From: the human T2T-CHM13v2.0 reference genome, Homo sapiens
Assembly: GCF_009914755.1 (NCBI RefSeq)
Contig: NC_060937.1
DNA: 64,000 nucleotides
Direction: 5' to 3' (one strand)
The translations under genes and the position numbers were made by a program. The notes beneath the pieces were generated by a model. The model had not been told where the DNA came from and made no database searches. It was given only the letters and a program-made list of their open reading frames with translations. Shown here one piece after another: positions 1 to 14,624 of the stretch (positions are counted from its first letter, which is position 1; each line of letters starts with the position of its first letter).

Positions 1-205
1 ATTATCTGGATAAAATATCTGCTGACTGTTGAGTTAGGATTATAAACACAGTCTGAACCCAGAACCGGGACTCTAACCACTCTGTTTTACTGTCATTTTA
101 AGAAATTTTAATAGATTGTTCTTAGGTTGATTAAATATATATTACACTCAGTTTACCCTTTTACCATTCTTAAGTGTACAGTTCTATGACATTAAGAACA
201 TTCAT

Positions 206-507
206 GGCCGGACGCGGTGGCCCACGCCTGTAAACCCAGCACTTTGGGAGGCTGAGGCAGGCAGATCACTTGAGGTCAGGAGTTTAAGACCAGCCTGGCC
301 AACATGGTGAAACTTCGTCTCTACTAAAAATACAAAAATTAGCCAGGTGTGGTGGCAGGCACCTGTCATCCCAGCTACTTGGGAGGCTGAGGTAGGGAGA
401 ATTGCTTGAACCTAGGAGGCAGAAGTTGCAGTGAGCCAAGATTGCGCCACTGCACTCCAGCCTGGGTGACACAGTGAGACTCTGTCTCAAAAAAATAAAT
501 AAAAAAA
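206..507 (+). mobile_element. Alu (AluS-type)
   Basis: GGCCGGACGCGGTGG start, dimer with A-rich linker and A tail. Confidence 0.95.
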
Positions 508-865
508 TCACGTTGTATAGCATTTACCACCATTTCATCTCAAGAACTTTTTCATCTTCCCTAACTGAAATTCTATATTCATACATTTTTTAAATGTTAA
601 ATTAATATTTATATCCATAATAAATCAATGGATAACCTTGATGTTACATTGACTTATATTTATATACCATCGTAATAAATAAACCATAACTGGTTCCAAG
701 AGTTCCTAACAATTTAAGCTTCTTAGCACATAAGAACTCTCTCTGGGCTTTACAATAAGTAGTATAGCACATTTACGAAATCCTGTTTGGCCAAGTTATG
801 TGCCCAGTTGATTTGGTTAGTTCACCCATATAAGCCATGTTACTGTGAAAAGATTGACCAGGCGA

Positions 866-990
866 AGCTGAGTGTGGTGGCATACACCTTTAGCACCAGC
901 TACTCAGGAGACCAAGATGGGAGGATCCGTTGAGCCCATGAGTTCAAGTCCAGCCTGGGCAACATAATGAGGCCCTGTCTCTTAAAAAAA
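866..990 (+). mobile_element. Alu monomer (FLAM-like)
   Basis: single diverged monomer ending ctcttaaaaaaa. Confidence 0.75.
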
Positions 991-1160
991 TTGACCAGAA
1001 TTAATTGTTTACTCAGTTAATGGGCTAGCTCAATGAAACTCTGGAACTAGAAACCATATTTAGAGAGCCTATAGAGCCTGCATTATGTTATCTGTAATCT
1101 CTTCTGTGTTACCAATTCTTTATTCTTGGAGATAGATTTGCTGATTAGAGACATCTAAGG

Positions 1161-1381
1161 CAAGCTTGTCCAACCCACAGCCCACAGGCCACATGCAGCC
1201 CAGGATGGCTTTGAATGCAACCCAACACAAATTTGTAAACTTTCTTAAACATTATGAAATTTTTTTGAGTTTTTTGTTTTGTTTTGTTTTTAGCTCATCA
1301 GCTACATTAGTGTATTTTATGTGTGGCCCAAAATAATTCTTCCAGTGTGGCCCAGGGAAGCCAAAAGATTGGACACCTCTG
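1161..1381 (-). mobile_element. MER30-like hAT DNA transposon fossil
   Basis: termini caagcttgtccaacc ... gccaaaagattggacacctctg match recalled MER30 ends. Confidence 0.8.
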
Positions 1382-2163
1382 CAGTCACTCAGTTTCAACT
1401 CTGCAAACTAAAATGGATGATGAAATTGGATACTCTGCATTTCATTTATCTGTCAGATATTTATTGAGCATTTTTTCAAACTATGCATTACTGTCTGACA
1501 GTATTTGCTGAAAGCTTAGGCTATGGTACTGCTAAATTTTAGTCATTTAAAACTGTATTACCACATCTATCAGATAATGTAAAAAATTTTGTTGAATCAG
1601 TAATTAAAATTTCTGGTATTTCTATTATTTATGGGTAGCAATTCAAGTTAGATTTGAAATCCAAAGAACTTCCAAAGATGGGCAGTGGAATCATCATTAC
1701 AAAGAGACTTTTTTTCTTTCTATTAAATATTTCTGGAATGGCTTCTATGTGACAGGGCACTATACTAGTCATCAGGGAATATGATGATGCACATAATACA
1801 TCATCATTCCTGTTCTCTTGGAGTTTACAGTCTAGTTGACATACATGAAATGTATATAATGACTTAAAAAGTATTTAAAATATACCTGTTTTTTACAGCT
1901 CCTCAATGTAGCTGCAGAAAAGATACACATAAATAAGTTAATATGTAATATGGGCCCTCAGTAAAATAGAGGGATGAAAAAAAGATAGGAAAATGAGGGA
2001 AAAAATTGTAAAAATAATACGAATCCATGTTTAAATTGTTTTTTTTACTACATATAGTTGGTTCAAACTATGAGTGTATCTGTGTGTAAATATAGTGTTT
2101 TTTGTATATTTCAATATTGTATGCTATTTTTATAAAACAAGTTGCCACTGTTTTCTGTTGTAG

Positions 2164-2266
2164 ACCAGCTGGTGGGAGTGACAAGTGGACAGCAACAGCT
2201 TGTGACTGTCTTTCATTGTACCTGACTGGAGCTGTAGCAACTATAATCTTACAGGTGGATAGTGAG
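2164..2266 (+). CDS. RNF17: RNF17 coding exon ([30 protein letters not shown][VDSE]); alternative donor after 2254
   Basis: ttgtag| acceptor at 2162-2163; donors cag|gtggat (2255) and gag|gtaaca (2267), both phase 0 and in frame with the next exon. Confidence 0.9.
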
Positions 2267-2825
2267 GTAACAAGTTACAAGAGATATGTGCTGATGATCT
2301 CATTAATGTTTCCATCGATTCCATTTATTTTCTTTCTTGTAGAGAAAATAGCAGCCAACTATTTGGATTTTGTTACAAATTTTGTCGGTTTTATTTCAAA
2401 GTATAAGAGGCATATATCTTTTCAGACCACTTCAAAAATATTCTTTGCTTTCTTTTTTCTAATTTAAATGTTTTATTACATTGAGTAGAATTTTGTAATT
2501 CATTTTATTACTATTTATGTGCTTTCTCCAGTTTTATACCTTTTTCCATATGAAGCAGAATATATGTTTTGTAGTTCTTTTGCTTTTTGTAGGAGAAAAA
2601 AGGCACACCTTGGAAAATATATTTTGATTCTCTAATTTACGAGAATGCAAAAGAATAAAGAAACTTGTTAACTGATGTTGTATTCCTCACTTCCCAACTC
2701 CCCATTCTGTGACTGGAAAAAAAGTTTCCAGTTTGATTTTTTTTCTTTAATTTCACCTTGACATTGAGGTTTTCCTGATGCATTTCACAAAATAACTCTC
2801 TGTTCCACTCTCTTCCATGCTGTTT

Positions 2826-3117
<292 letters not shown>

Positions 3118-3278
3118 AGTGCTATTTTTGGATGTGTTTAGATATCAAAATAACTTGACTCAGCTGGGAATATTTCTTGCTTAGAGAAATGTAGAAGAAC
3201 TGCCTGTGAAATGCACATTGTTTATATGAAGATTTCATTTTGGTGTTTCATATTTACTCTGCTCTTAAATCACTACAG

Positions 3279-3394
3279 GAAAACAACACAACATGGCCAT
3301 TACCTGTGAAAATTTTCTGCAGAGATGAAAAAGGAGAGCGTGTTGATGTTTCTAAATATTTGATTAAAAAGGGTTTGGCTTTGAGAGAAAGGAG
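3279..3394 (+). CDS. RNF17: RNF17 coding exon ([38 protein letters not shown])
   Basis: ctacag| ... ag|gtatag; 116 nt, phase 0 to 2; ends with the YLIKKGLA helix typical of extended Tudor domains. Confidence 0.93.
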
Positions 3395-3842
3395 GTATAG
3401 ACTTTTTTAAAAAATTTTGACATCAGTTTGTGATGGATGCCTCAGTTGCGTGTGCAAATCTTATGTGTGCTTTCAAGTCTGAATTGCATCTTGTTTGCTC
3501 TTAAAGATTTATAAGCTGACCCTGAGGAGCCAGCTCAGAAATAGATTCCTTCAGAATTGCTCATTTCATTTTTCAGGCATGTCAGTTCTTGCACACTTAA
3601 GCCTGTTTACTGACATACTTGCTTTTGTAATTTCCCCTCTCCTTTGACATTTACACTGTAAACCAAAGAAAAAGAGAACAATGTAGTGGATACCAGATCT
3701 GAGCCCTTTGGTATCCTTTACTTAGACATAAATGTTTAGGCTTTATTTTAGAAATTCTGGTAGGTATATACCTACTAGATGTATTTATATGAAATGTAAA
3801 TGTATTTATATGAAACAGGATGAGTAGCAAATAAATAATTGA

Positions 3843-4260
<418 letters not shown>

Positions 4261-4731
4261 TCTTTTCTCTCTCTTTCTAGAGATTTAGAGGTATGTTGGA
4301 ATTGGAGACACAAGTCCCAATTAGCCACTTTGTACCATATATGGCCAGATCTCCGTAGATGTGTTTGCCTTAACTTATATCTTACCTTCTTTAGAACAGG
4401 GATCCCAGTCCTGATGAAATGGAAAGAGAATTAGAAGTCAGAAAGAAAGTGGGACATGAGGCTAGATATGGGAGATGTGGCCTGGATTGCCCGGGCTTTG
4501 GCATACAGCTAATTGCTTTGCCTTTAGGCTAAGGCAATTCCTTGATAGAAGAAATGTTAGAATGGAAAATGCTAGGCAAGTTAATACTACTGACATTGTC
4601 TGCTACCAGTTGTAATGTTCTTTACTGCTTTTACAGACTAAAACTACTAGCTATCTTAAGGCGGCGGTGGGTTGGGGGACTAGCAGGGTATTTGAGGAAT
4701 TATGTGGCTTTTTCATAAATGCTTTATTTCC

Positions 4732-5116
<385 letters not shown>

Positions 5117-5681
5117 TAATATTTCCTCCTAAGATTTTATTTTTTTATACAGTAGGGATACCTATTTTTTTTAATTGGAAGGGAATAATATAAAGTAGAA
5201 AAACTGAGTAAATATAGCATATTACCACTTAGGTAATATATGAATATGGTATATTCATATATACGGATAGTACCTTATTGTTTTTTAAGAGACTCATGTT
5301 TTCTTTGTATTTTTGGATGCTAATAGCTTGCCAGATGTCTGTTCTATGTGTGGACTAAATTGAAATCATCTTAAAGGTGTTGTATCTTCTAGTAACATTG
5401 AATTCATTGTACAATGCTTGAGATATACATATGAAATTTTAAGAGAGCATAGTCTGTAAATATAGAAATTTAAAACATTTACTTAAATTTTTATTGCTTT
5501 TTCTCATCAGTCTCATAATTTAAAGTAGTTTTAATTTTAACTGATGCTAATTTTTATGTAACAAATTAGAGCAAATATTTTCTTTCAATTTCATGTATAT
5601 CTGAATGATTCTTTTTATGTTGTTTTACCCAGAATTTTATATTTGCTTATGTTTAGATGTGTTCTTTTTTGGATGTTACAG

Positions 5682-5971
5682 AATTAATAACTTAGATAAC
5701 AGCCATTCATTATCTGAGAAGTCTCTGGAAGTCCCCCTGGAACAGGAAGATTCAGTAGTTACTAACTGTATTAAAACTAACTTTGACCCTGACAAGAAAA
5801 CTGCTGACATAATCAGTGAACAGAAAGTGTCTGAATTTCAGGAGAAAATTCTAGAACCAAGAACCACTAGAGGGTATAAGCCACCAGCTATTCCTAACAT
5901 GAACGTATTTGAGGCAACAGTCAGCTGTGTTGGTGATGATGGAACTATATTTGTAGTACCTAAACTATCAG
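5682..5971 (+). CDS. RNF17: RNF17 coding exon ([10 protein letters not shown]...[21 protein letters not shown])
   Basis: ttacag| ... g|gtgaga; 290 nt, phase 2 to 1; overlaps ORF 5605..5994. Confidence 0.93.
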
Positions 5972-7174
5972 GTGAGACCTTCTATGTTATGTAGGCTCTA
6001 GTTCTCTAGTACGAACGACAGGGATTGAAATACTTTGGGCAACCTCTTTGAACGTTATTTTCACAAGGTTGTTAGGAGGATTAAATGATTTCACACAATG
6101 CATGCAAAGTGCTTTTAATAATGCCTAACATAAAAATCATTTAATGCAGTTTTTCATTATTCTAACATAGCAGTGTTATATAATTATATTATGTGAGTGC
6201 TATTCTCAGTATAAGAAGAAAGGAATTTGGAATTTCCATTTCCACTACTATGGCAGATGAACAACCCTCCCAAATAAGTCAGATCAGATGCCAATTTTTT
6301 TTTTTAATGAACACTTACTGAGTTGGCATTAAAGTAAAGAACATACCAAGCTCCAAAACAAACTGAAATCACACACTGGGAGGTAAGCATGTGCCAAAGA
6401 AGGCAATCACTCTAGAGTTGCTTCATAACTATAGAACCTTGAGCAACTGTGATAACTACATGAAGTTAAAGAAAAAGGAAATAAAGGTCCAGGCCCCTTT
6501 ACTCAAAGTGGGAAATCTAATAGGAATTCCTCATGTGAAGATGGGATCCCAAAGGATGACTCCCACAATGGGTCAATGTGCTGATCACATTAAAAATCAC
6601 TAAAAGTAGAGTTCAAATGAATTTTTTGAAGTTACTATAAAATGTTATTTATGTGAAAGAGTATAAAATGTATTATTTAAATAACAACATTAAGATGAGT
6701 AGCCACATACACATTGCCCATGATAAGAAGCAGCATCGCCAGAACCTAAGCAGACTTGTGTTGCCCCACTTGATCACGTCTCCTGTTTTGCCACCCCAGA
6801 TACAGCCACTTTTCTGAATTAGCTAATTATCATTTCCTGTGTGCGTCACTAAACAAATTTTTTAGGTTTTCCATCTTTCAAACTTTATGTAACCAGAACC
6901 ATAATGTACATATTCTTTTGTGACTTTTCATCAAACTGTTCGAGATTTGTCCACCTTGGCGCATTTCACTATATTTCATTCATTTTTTAAATGAATTAAT
7001 AGCATTTCCATGAATGATTATGTCTCGGTATCTGTTCTATTGATAGACACATGTGTTTCTAGATTTTCTGTGATTACAAAAAATCCTACTATGAACATTC
7101 TTGTACCTGTCTCTTGTTACACAAGCAGAATTTTTCTAGGGCACATAATCTAGTGAACAGAATTGGTAATCATT

Positions 7175-7516
<342 letters not shown>

Positions 7517-7904
7517 TTATAACAGTTTACACTCATCACTACCAGTGCATGAAGAGTCTTGTTACCCCACATCCTTGCTAACACTTAATAAGGTCAGATT
7601 AAGTTCTACCTATCCTAGTGGATGTGAAATTGTCTCTCACTATGGCTTTAGTTAGCATTTCCTTGACTTCTTATGGCGTAAACATCATTTCTTCTATTTG
7701 AGTCGTTTGTATTTCTGTGTTTTTGGAATGCCTATCCATGTCTTCGCTCACTTTCCATTAAGTCATTGCTTTCTGATTCATAGTTCTTAATATATCCTGA
7801 ACACTTATCCCTTCTTGGTTTTATGTGTTCCAGGTATCTTCTCTTAGTTTCTTACTTGTCTTTTCAGTGTCTTTTGGGAGTTTCTGGATGAACAGAAGGT
7901 CTTA

Positions 7905-8291
<387 letters not shown>

Positions 8292-9446
8292 CTATTTCAT
8301 TATATGATCTTGTAAAAAAATGTTTATAGTTTTGTTTTTTACATAAAGTCTTTAAGCTATCCCAGAATTGATTTTTCAGTAGGTAAGAAGAAGAGATCCA
8401 ATTTTTTTTATAGGTTTAGTTAGTAGTCCTAGCTCATCGGCTTATACTCCACACATTCCCCACTGATCTGCAATGCTAACTTTGTCAAAGATTAAGGTTC
8501 CATATATGCACGAGTTGTTTCTGAACTTTCTGTTCTGTGTTAGTGCTATTTATCCCTACACCAATACCAGTTTTTTTCCTGAAGATAGCCTATACTACTT
8601 TTAGTGTGTATACAAGTTACTTTGTTGTGTATCCTATAACGCTTGAAATCCATTGGATTTCTTGTTTTTCTTTAGGTGTATCTTGGCTTCTTAAATTGTG
8701 TGTTTTATTCACTGTACCCTATTGTTTCTGTGGGAGACACTGTGTTCAAAGTGTTGCAAGGTCACAAAGCAAAGGCAAAGTTAGGCTAGAGATGAGGAAA
8801 GGTAACTTTTTTGAGAAACGCTCCAAACCCCATGGCTTTGGAAATATAGATAGATATGGACAGGGAGAAAATACTGGTAGACCTTTTTAGAGTTAGGAAC
8901 TTTAGGGAGGTAGACATAGATCAGACAAAGGGGTTCAGCCTGGCTGGAAGAATAGAAGTAATGAAGTTTGGTAAGAATAAGGGAAATTAGGTATATGATG
9001 AAGTAGTTGGGTTTTTAGCATCATGATATATGAGGGCTGCCACTCAGGATTTTACTCTTTCCTCCATGATTTCAATATTTTTGTGCATCTGTAAACCTTG
9101 GGATCCTTGAGAATATAAAAATCCTGGAGTCCCATTTTTTTTGTACACCTAAGAGTGGCAATGACACGTGGTTGGCAGAATTTAGAACTTAGGCCACCAG
9201 TGATTATGTAGACATCCTCAGTACTCTCCCAGCATGGAAGAGAAGCAATATGAACCCGGTTTCTATAGGCTGCTAAAATGACTCTTAGATCAGGACTAGC
9301 ATAAATTAACCTGCTTTCCACCACTGTGTCTCCCTTATTTTCCTCACCTTGGCACTAAGATGCTGGGGGTGTGGGTGGAGCGTTTCCAAGTTTGTAAGAC
9401 CTGTCACTTACACAAGTTTGGAGGCTCTCTATGAAAAAAGAATACA

Positions 9447-9745
9447 GGCTGGGTGCGGTGGCTTATGCCTGTAATCTCAGCACTTCAGGTCAAGGCAGGA
9501 AGATTGCTTAAGCCCAGGAGTTTGCGACCAGGCTGGGCAACATGGTGAGACCCCATCGCTACAAAACATGCAAAGATTAGTTGGCCATGGTGGTGCATGC
9601 CTGGGTCTCAGCTACTCAGGAAACTGAGGCAGGAGGATTGCTTGAGCCCAGGAGGTCAAGGCTGTAGTGAGCTGCGTTCATGCCACTGCTCCAGCCTGGG
9701 CAACAGAGTAAGACCCTGTCTCATTTTCTAAAACTAAAATAAATA
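9447..9745 (+). mobile_element. Alu (AluJ-like)
   Basis: diverged dimer with gcccaggaggtcaaggctg. Confidence 0.9.
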
Positions 9746-10829
9746 CAGAAGTTTATATTTCTTGAGAATGAGAAAAGAAATCACAACAAATAACTGGAGC
9801 TTTAGGAACTTTTGAGAATATTCAGGTCCCTCATGAGATCTTTAGGCTTATGTGCAAATGCTGCAAATGCTTCCTGACTGTAACCTGGGCCCATCAGAAT
9901 AGTCGATAACTCTAGCACTCGTAGGGCTTAGTGTCATTGGCTCCTAATTAGTACCTATGGATAAGGGTATGGTAGCTATGAATTTACTGAAATTTTTCTC
10001 TCATTTGTTGATCTCCTAAATATATTTTTTAATTTGAAAGACAATAAAATCGGTACAATTGGCCGTTCTAGAAAAAATAACGTTTGAGACCTGTAGTAAT
10101 AATACTTAACCCAGAAACTTTGCTTGACATGTATAAATAGTCATTGTTCAAACTAGTAGCCTGTTATCTGCCAGGCAGTGTGCTGGATGCTTTACATTTA
10201 ATCCTCCTGCAGCACTTGATGATACTGACAGGTACTGTTATTCCCAGAAGATGCTGTTTCACCCAGAATAGGTGGTGGTATTATGGAAGGATAAACTGAG
10301 GCTTATTGGAGGTAAGGGAACTACCCAAGATCACACAACTAAAGCAGTAAGATGGGAATGGTAACTGACTCCAGAGCTTACCTTCTATGGTATCAGTTAT
10401 GGATATATATATATATATATATGTTTACTGTGGAACTAATGGGCCAATTAGCAATAAAAGCAAAATTGAAATTTTAATTTATATTGCCATCATCATACTG
10501 TATCTAAGCAACAAGTAGTATATAACCTGTGTCCTATTTTACTTAGGGCTGTCAAACTGACCCTATTTTGAATTGGTAGTACTTTCATATTAAGCTAGCT
10601 GGTATGTGTTTAGAGCTCCTTATGATGTTTGTACTCTCAAAATATAATCAAAGATCATAATATTGTTTATATGCTATTACTAGTATGTTTTAAAACACAC
10701 ACAGATTTTTACAAAAGTTCTGTTTGGGGGACTGGTTTTTAATTATACTACTGAAGAAATGAAGTTATTAAATTGACAAATGATAGGGAATTTTCCTTAA
10801 TGCTTTCTATCTTTAATACTTTTTTTCAG

Positions 10830-10993
10830 AATTTGAGCTAATAAAAATGACAAATGAAATTCAAAGTAATTTAAAATGCCTTGGTCTTTTGGAGCCTTAT
10901 TTCTGGAAAAAAGGAGAAGCATGTGCAGTAAGAGGATCCGATACTCTGTGGTATCGTGGCAAGGTGATGGAGGTTGTAGGTGGCGCTGTCAGA
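10830..10993 (+). CDS. RNF17: RNF17 coding exon, Tudor core (…[27 protein letters not shown])
   Basis: tttcag| ... aga|gtgagt; 164 nt, phase 1 to 0; WYRG Tudor motif. Confidence 0.95.
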
Positions 10994-11945
10994 GTGAGTC
11001 TGATATTCTTTTGTGACAATTCTAAAGCTAAATGCTATAGCATTAAATAGTCTTGTGCATTTGAACACGAGAAAGTTGGATTAAAACATCTTTTGATGAA
11101 AATTGTGTAGGAAGATCAGTTATATTGTACTTTTATTTGTAATAATTTTTCGTTTTATTTGCAAATATATTTAGTAACCTGAATAAGCAAAAAATAGGGA
11201 GGGATTTGATCATTGGTTAATGGATAGACCTCTTAGTTGTAATTGGTAGCCCTGTTTCCACACATAGTGTTAAGTAAAACAATATGTTTTCCAGTATGTT
11301 AAATATCTCGCTAGCAAATTTGTTTATGGCCCTGTTAGTTTTTCAGGATAACGACTAATTTACCTTTCCAGAATAATGAGGTAACTAACACTCAGGTTTC
11401 AGTCAAAATCTTCAAAAATAGCTACATCCTTTGAAATATATATATATATAAAATATAGATGAAAATACCTCTAATACATTGTATTTACTAAGTAAAGGAA
11501 TGAAATTGATGAAGTACTTCATCATATATTCAGCACTTGAAAACTTTAATTAGGGGTGAGGGGAGAAAAACTTAAGTGAAAAAGTCTTTTTTCCACCTGG
11601 ACAGGAGTTTATTTTCTGTTTGATGATGATAACTAATGATTACATAGCACTTCAGGTTTTTTAGCTTCCTTCACATATATGCATTTATATTTTATAGTTT
11701 GTTTACAGTTATCCTAGACATAGATTATTATTCCCATTTTACTAATAAGAAAATTGAAATTTAGGTTCAGTGACCTGCCAGGGTCACTGGGTAGTAATGC
11801 TAGAGTTAATATCCAAGCATCTGATTCCTAAACTTCTGATTCTAAGTCTTACACTTTTTCTATTGAACTACAAATTTTTAATGGTTTTCATAGAAGTAAA
11901 ATAGTTTCAAATTTGGGGTGAGTACTTAAACATCTGGATAGTTAT

Positions 11946-12013
11946 AGGGGTTATCTGAGCAACTTGAATGTATGTGCAAAGTGACATACATTCGAGTTGC
12001 TCAGATAACCCCT
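11946..12013. repeat. inverted repeat, 30-bp arms with 8-nt loop
   Basis: aggggttatctgagcaacttgaatgtatgt / acatacattcgagttgctcagataacccct; 29 of 30 complementary. Confidence 0.95.
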
Positions 12014-12709
12014 GACCTTTTTTTCTTTACAAAGGTAAAATGAAATTCAGTGTTCATCAAGTTATCATACTTCATGAACTTTACATTTGTAGAATCAAAA
12101 TAAATAAGATGGTGAACTTTTATAAAAATTCTCATGCTGTCCAAATATCTGTTTATTTTAACTTACTTAAAAGAACTTTGATAGTTTAATCATCACCTTT
12201 TATTTTTTTCATGTGGTCACTTTACATTTTTAGTATACACAATGGATTTTTCATTTCTTAATCTGATATCTTTCAAAGTTTATCCTGTGATTCACATTAA
12301 GAAATAAATGTCTCGTGAAACCATATCCTAATTATCTGTGAGGTATTCAGACATTTTTTGTTTAATTCTATTTTATTTTTTAATGGTAATTGCCAAGCAA
12401 ATCCAATTAAACAGTGATATGTTCATTTCATTATGTTGGGACAGAAGAAATAATTTATTGGCATTCCTTATCCTTAAGACAATTTAGAAATTGAATTATC
12501 AAAATTAAAGCATTTCAAAAAGGGATTGCTCTTGAGGAATTTGTAAATCCAATAAAACCCAGTTTTTTTTCAAAAAAAAGTCTGATGGGTTAAGTGTAAG
12601 AAAACCTTTTTACAATGAGGTTTGATACACTATTGGATGAGGGAATAAATACAGTATTACTTTTTTTCCTGGAAATTTTTGAAATCCAGATTTTAAACTT
12701 TTCAGATGT

Positions 12710-13007
12710 CTTTTTTTTTTTTTTGAAACAAGTTCTTCCTCTGTCACCAGGCTTGGAGTGCAGTGGCACAGTCACAGCTCATTGCAGCCTTGACCTCCCG
12801 GGCTTAGGCAGTCCTCCCACCTCAGCATCCTGAGTAGCCGGGACTACAGGCGCATACCACCACAGACAGCTAATTTTTTTTATTTTTGTTAGAGATGGGG
12901 TCTTGCCGTGTTCCCAAGGCTGGTCTCAAACTCCTGGGCTCAAACAATCCACCCACCTCTGCCTCCCAGAGTGCTGGGATTATAGGCATGAGCCATCAAG
13001 CCCGGCC
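12710..13007 (-). mobile_element. Alu (AluJ-like)
   Basis: antisense diverged dimer. Confidence 0.9.
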
Positions 13008-13096
13008 TGTCTTTTTTTCTAATAACAGGAAATTCCTTTTGTCCCCTAGCTTTTAATAATAAATTTTAACTATAAATTGTATTTGTCGTGTTTCAG

Positions 13097-13216
13097 GTAC
13101 AATATTTAGATCATGGATTCACTGAAAAGATTCCGCAGTGCCATCTTTACCCTATTTTGCTGTATCCTGATATACCCCAGTTTTGTATTCCTTGTCAGCT
13201 CCATAATACCACACCT
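13097..13216 (+). CDS. RNF17: RNF17 coding exon ([40 protein letters not shown])
   Basis: tttcag| ... |gtgagt; 120 nt, phase 0 to 0; YLDHG Tudor motif. Confidence 0.95.
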
Positions 13217-13526
13217 GTGAGTACATAATAATTTGTGGAATGATTAATTTTAAATATTAGTTTTTATTAATAATTTTTTAGAAATATTTAGAATGTAAAA
13301 TGAAATTTCAGTTGCAACAAAAAAGTAATAAAACACCAACAAATAAGTTACTAAGACAGCTAAACAGCCTTTATGAAGACAGTTACAAAATTATACTCAA
13401 GGCTGTAAAACATCTGAATAAATGAAGAGACATGTTCATAAGTAGGAAGGTATAAGATTGCAAAAGTTTTATTTCTTTATCAAATGAAATTACAACAAAC
13501 TTGAAGCTGGAGATCAGATAAAAGAG

Positions 13527-14165
13527 TGTCTTATTCTGTATTGCTGCATAACAAATTAAGCTGAGACTTAGTGGTCTAAAACAACAATAAACTTTCATTA
13601 TCTCATGCAGTTTCTATGGTTCAGGGATTAGGAGTGGCTTAGCTGGTTTGTTTTGACAAGGGGTCTGTATTAGTCCATTTTCACACTGCTATAAAGATAC
13701 TACCTAAGACTGGGTAATTTATGAAGAAAAGAGGGTTAATTGACTCACAGTTCTCCATGGTTGAAGAGGCATTAGGAAACTTACAGTTGTGGTGGACGGC
13801 GAAAGAGAAGCACATACCTTCTTCACAAGGTTGCAGCAGAAAAAGAGATTGAAGGGGAAACGGCCAAACACTTTCAAAACCATCAGTTCTTGTGAGAACT
13901 CACAATCAGCATGGGGGAAACTGCCCCATGATCCAGTCACCTCCCACCAGGCTCCTCTCTCGACACATGGGGATTACAATTCAAGATAAGATTTGGGTGG
14001 GGACACAGCCAAACCATATCATGGTCCCTTGTGATACTGCCGTCAAGATGTCCACCATAAGTGTAGTCACCTGAAGGACCAACTGGGGACAGAGGGTCCA
14101 CTTCAGATGGCTGACTCACATTGCTTTGGCAGGAAGCCTCACTTCTCACCATGTGAACCTCTCAA
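13527..14165 (-). mobile_element. MLT1-type MaLR LTR, split by a THE1/MST LTR
   Basis: attgctgcataacaaat...cttagtggtctaaaacaaca; sequence resumes after 14021. Confidence 0.65.
13666..14021 (-). mobile_element. THE1/MST solo LTR
   Basis: tgtattagtccatttt ... ggggacacagccaaaccatatca; 5-bp flanks gggtc/tggtc. Confidence 0.88.
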
Positions 14166-14543
14166 CGCATAAAGACGCAACAACCGCTATTCCTTAATGA
14201 ATACATATTGTAGGCCTTGTACAAGCACTGCATTGGCATATTGGTCTTTTTTAAAAAGTCTTAAATGTAATGTTTTGTTTTTAAATGTAGGGTGTGTGTG
14301 TGTGTGTTTTCTCACCTCTGGCTGAACAGGTTTATATTTTTAAAGCATAAAATGAGTACTCAAATTATTCATTTTTAAAGATTATTTTTATCATGTACCT
14401 ATGATATTCTCTGAGAACTGCTTGTGTATTTTGTACTACTATCTGATATTATTTGTTTATGGCTACTTTTGTGTATCTTAATTTGCTTCCTGCTCTGATT
14501 TTATGAAAGCATAAAAGAATCTGAGTTTATTAATCTCAAATAG

Positions 14544-14624
14544 GTTGGGAATGTCTGGCAACCAGATGCAATAGAAGTTCTTCAACAACTGCTTTCAAAG
14601 AGACAGGTGGACATTCACATTATG
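14544..14624 (+). CDS. RNF17: RNF17 coding exon (VGNVWQPDAIEVLQQLLSKRQVDIHIM)
   Basis: aaatag| ... atg|gtaatt; 81 nt, phase 0 to 0. Confidence 0.92.

Noticed and set aside
3779-3815. Short direct duplication atgtatttatatgaaa (similar ones near 16134 and 57000)
   Set aside because: Ordinary intronic slippage duplications with no further structure.
5236-5262. 12-bp hairpin atatatgaatat-ggt-atattcatatat
   Set aside because: Short and AT-rich; plausible by chance or local slippage.
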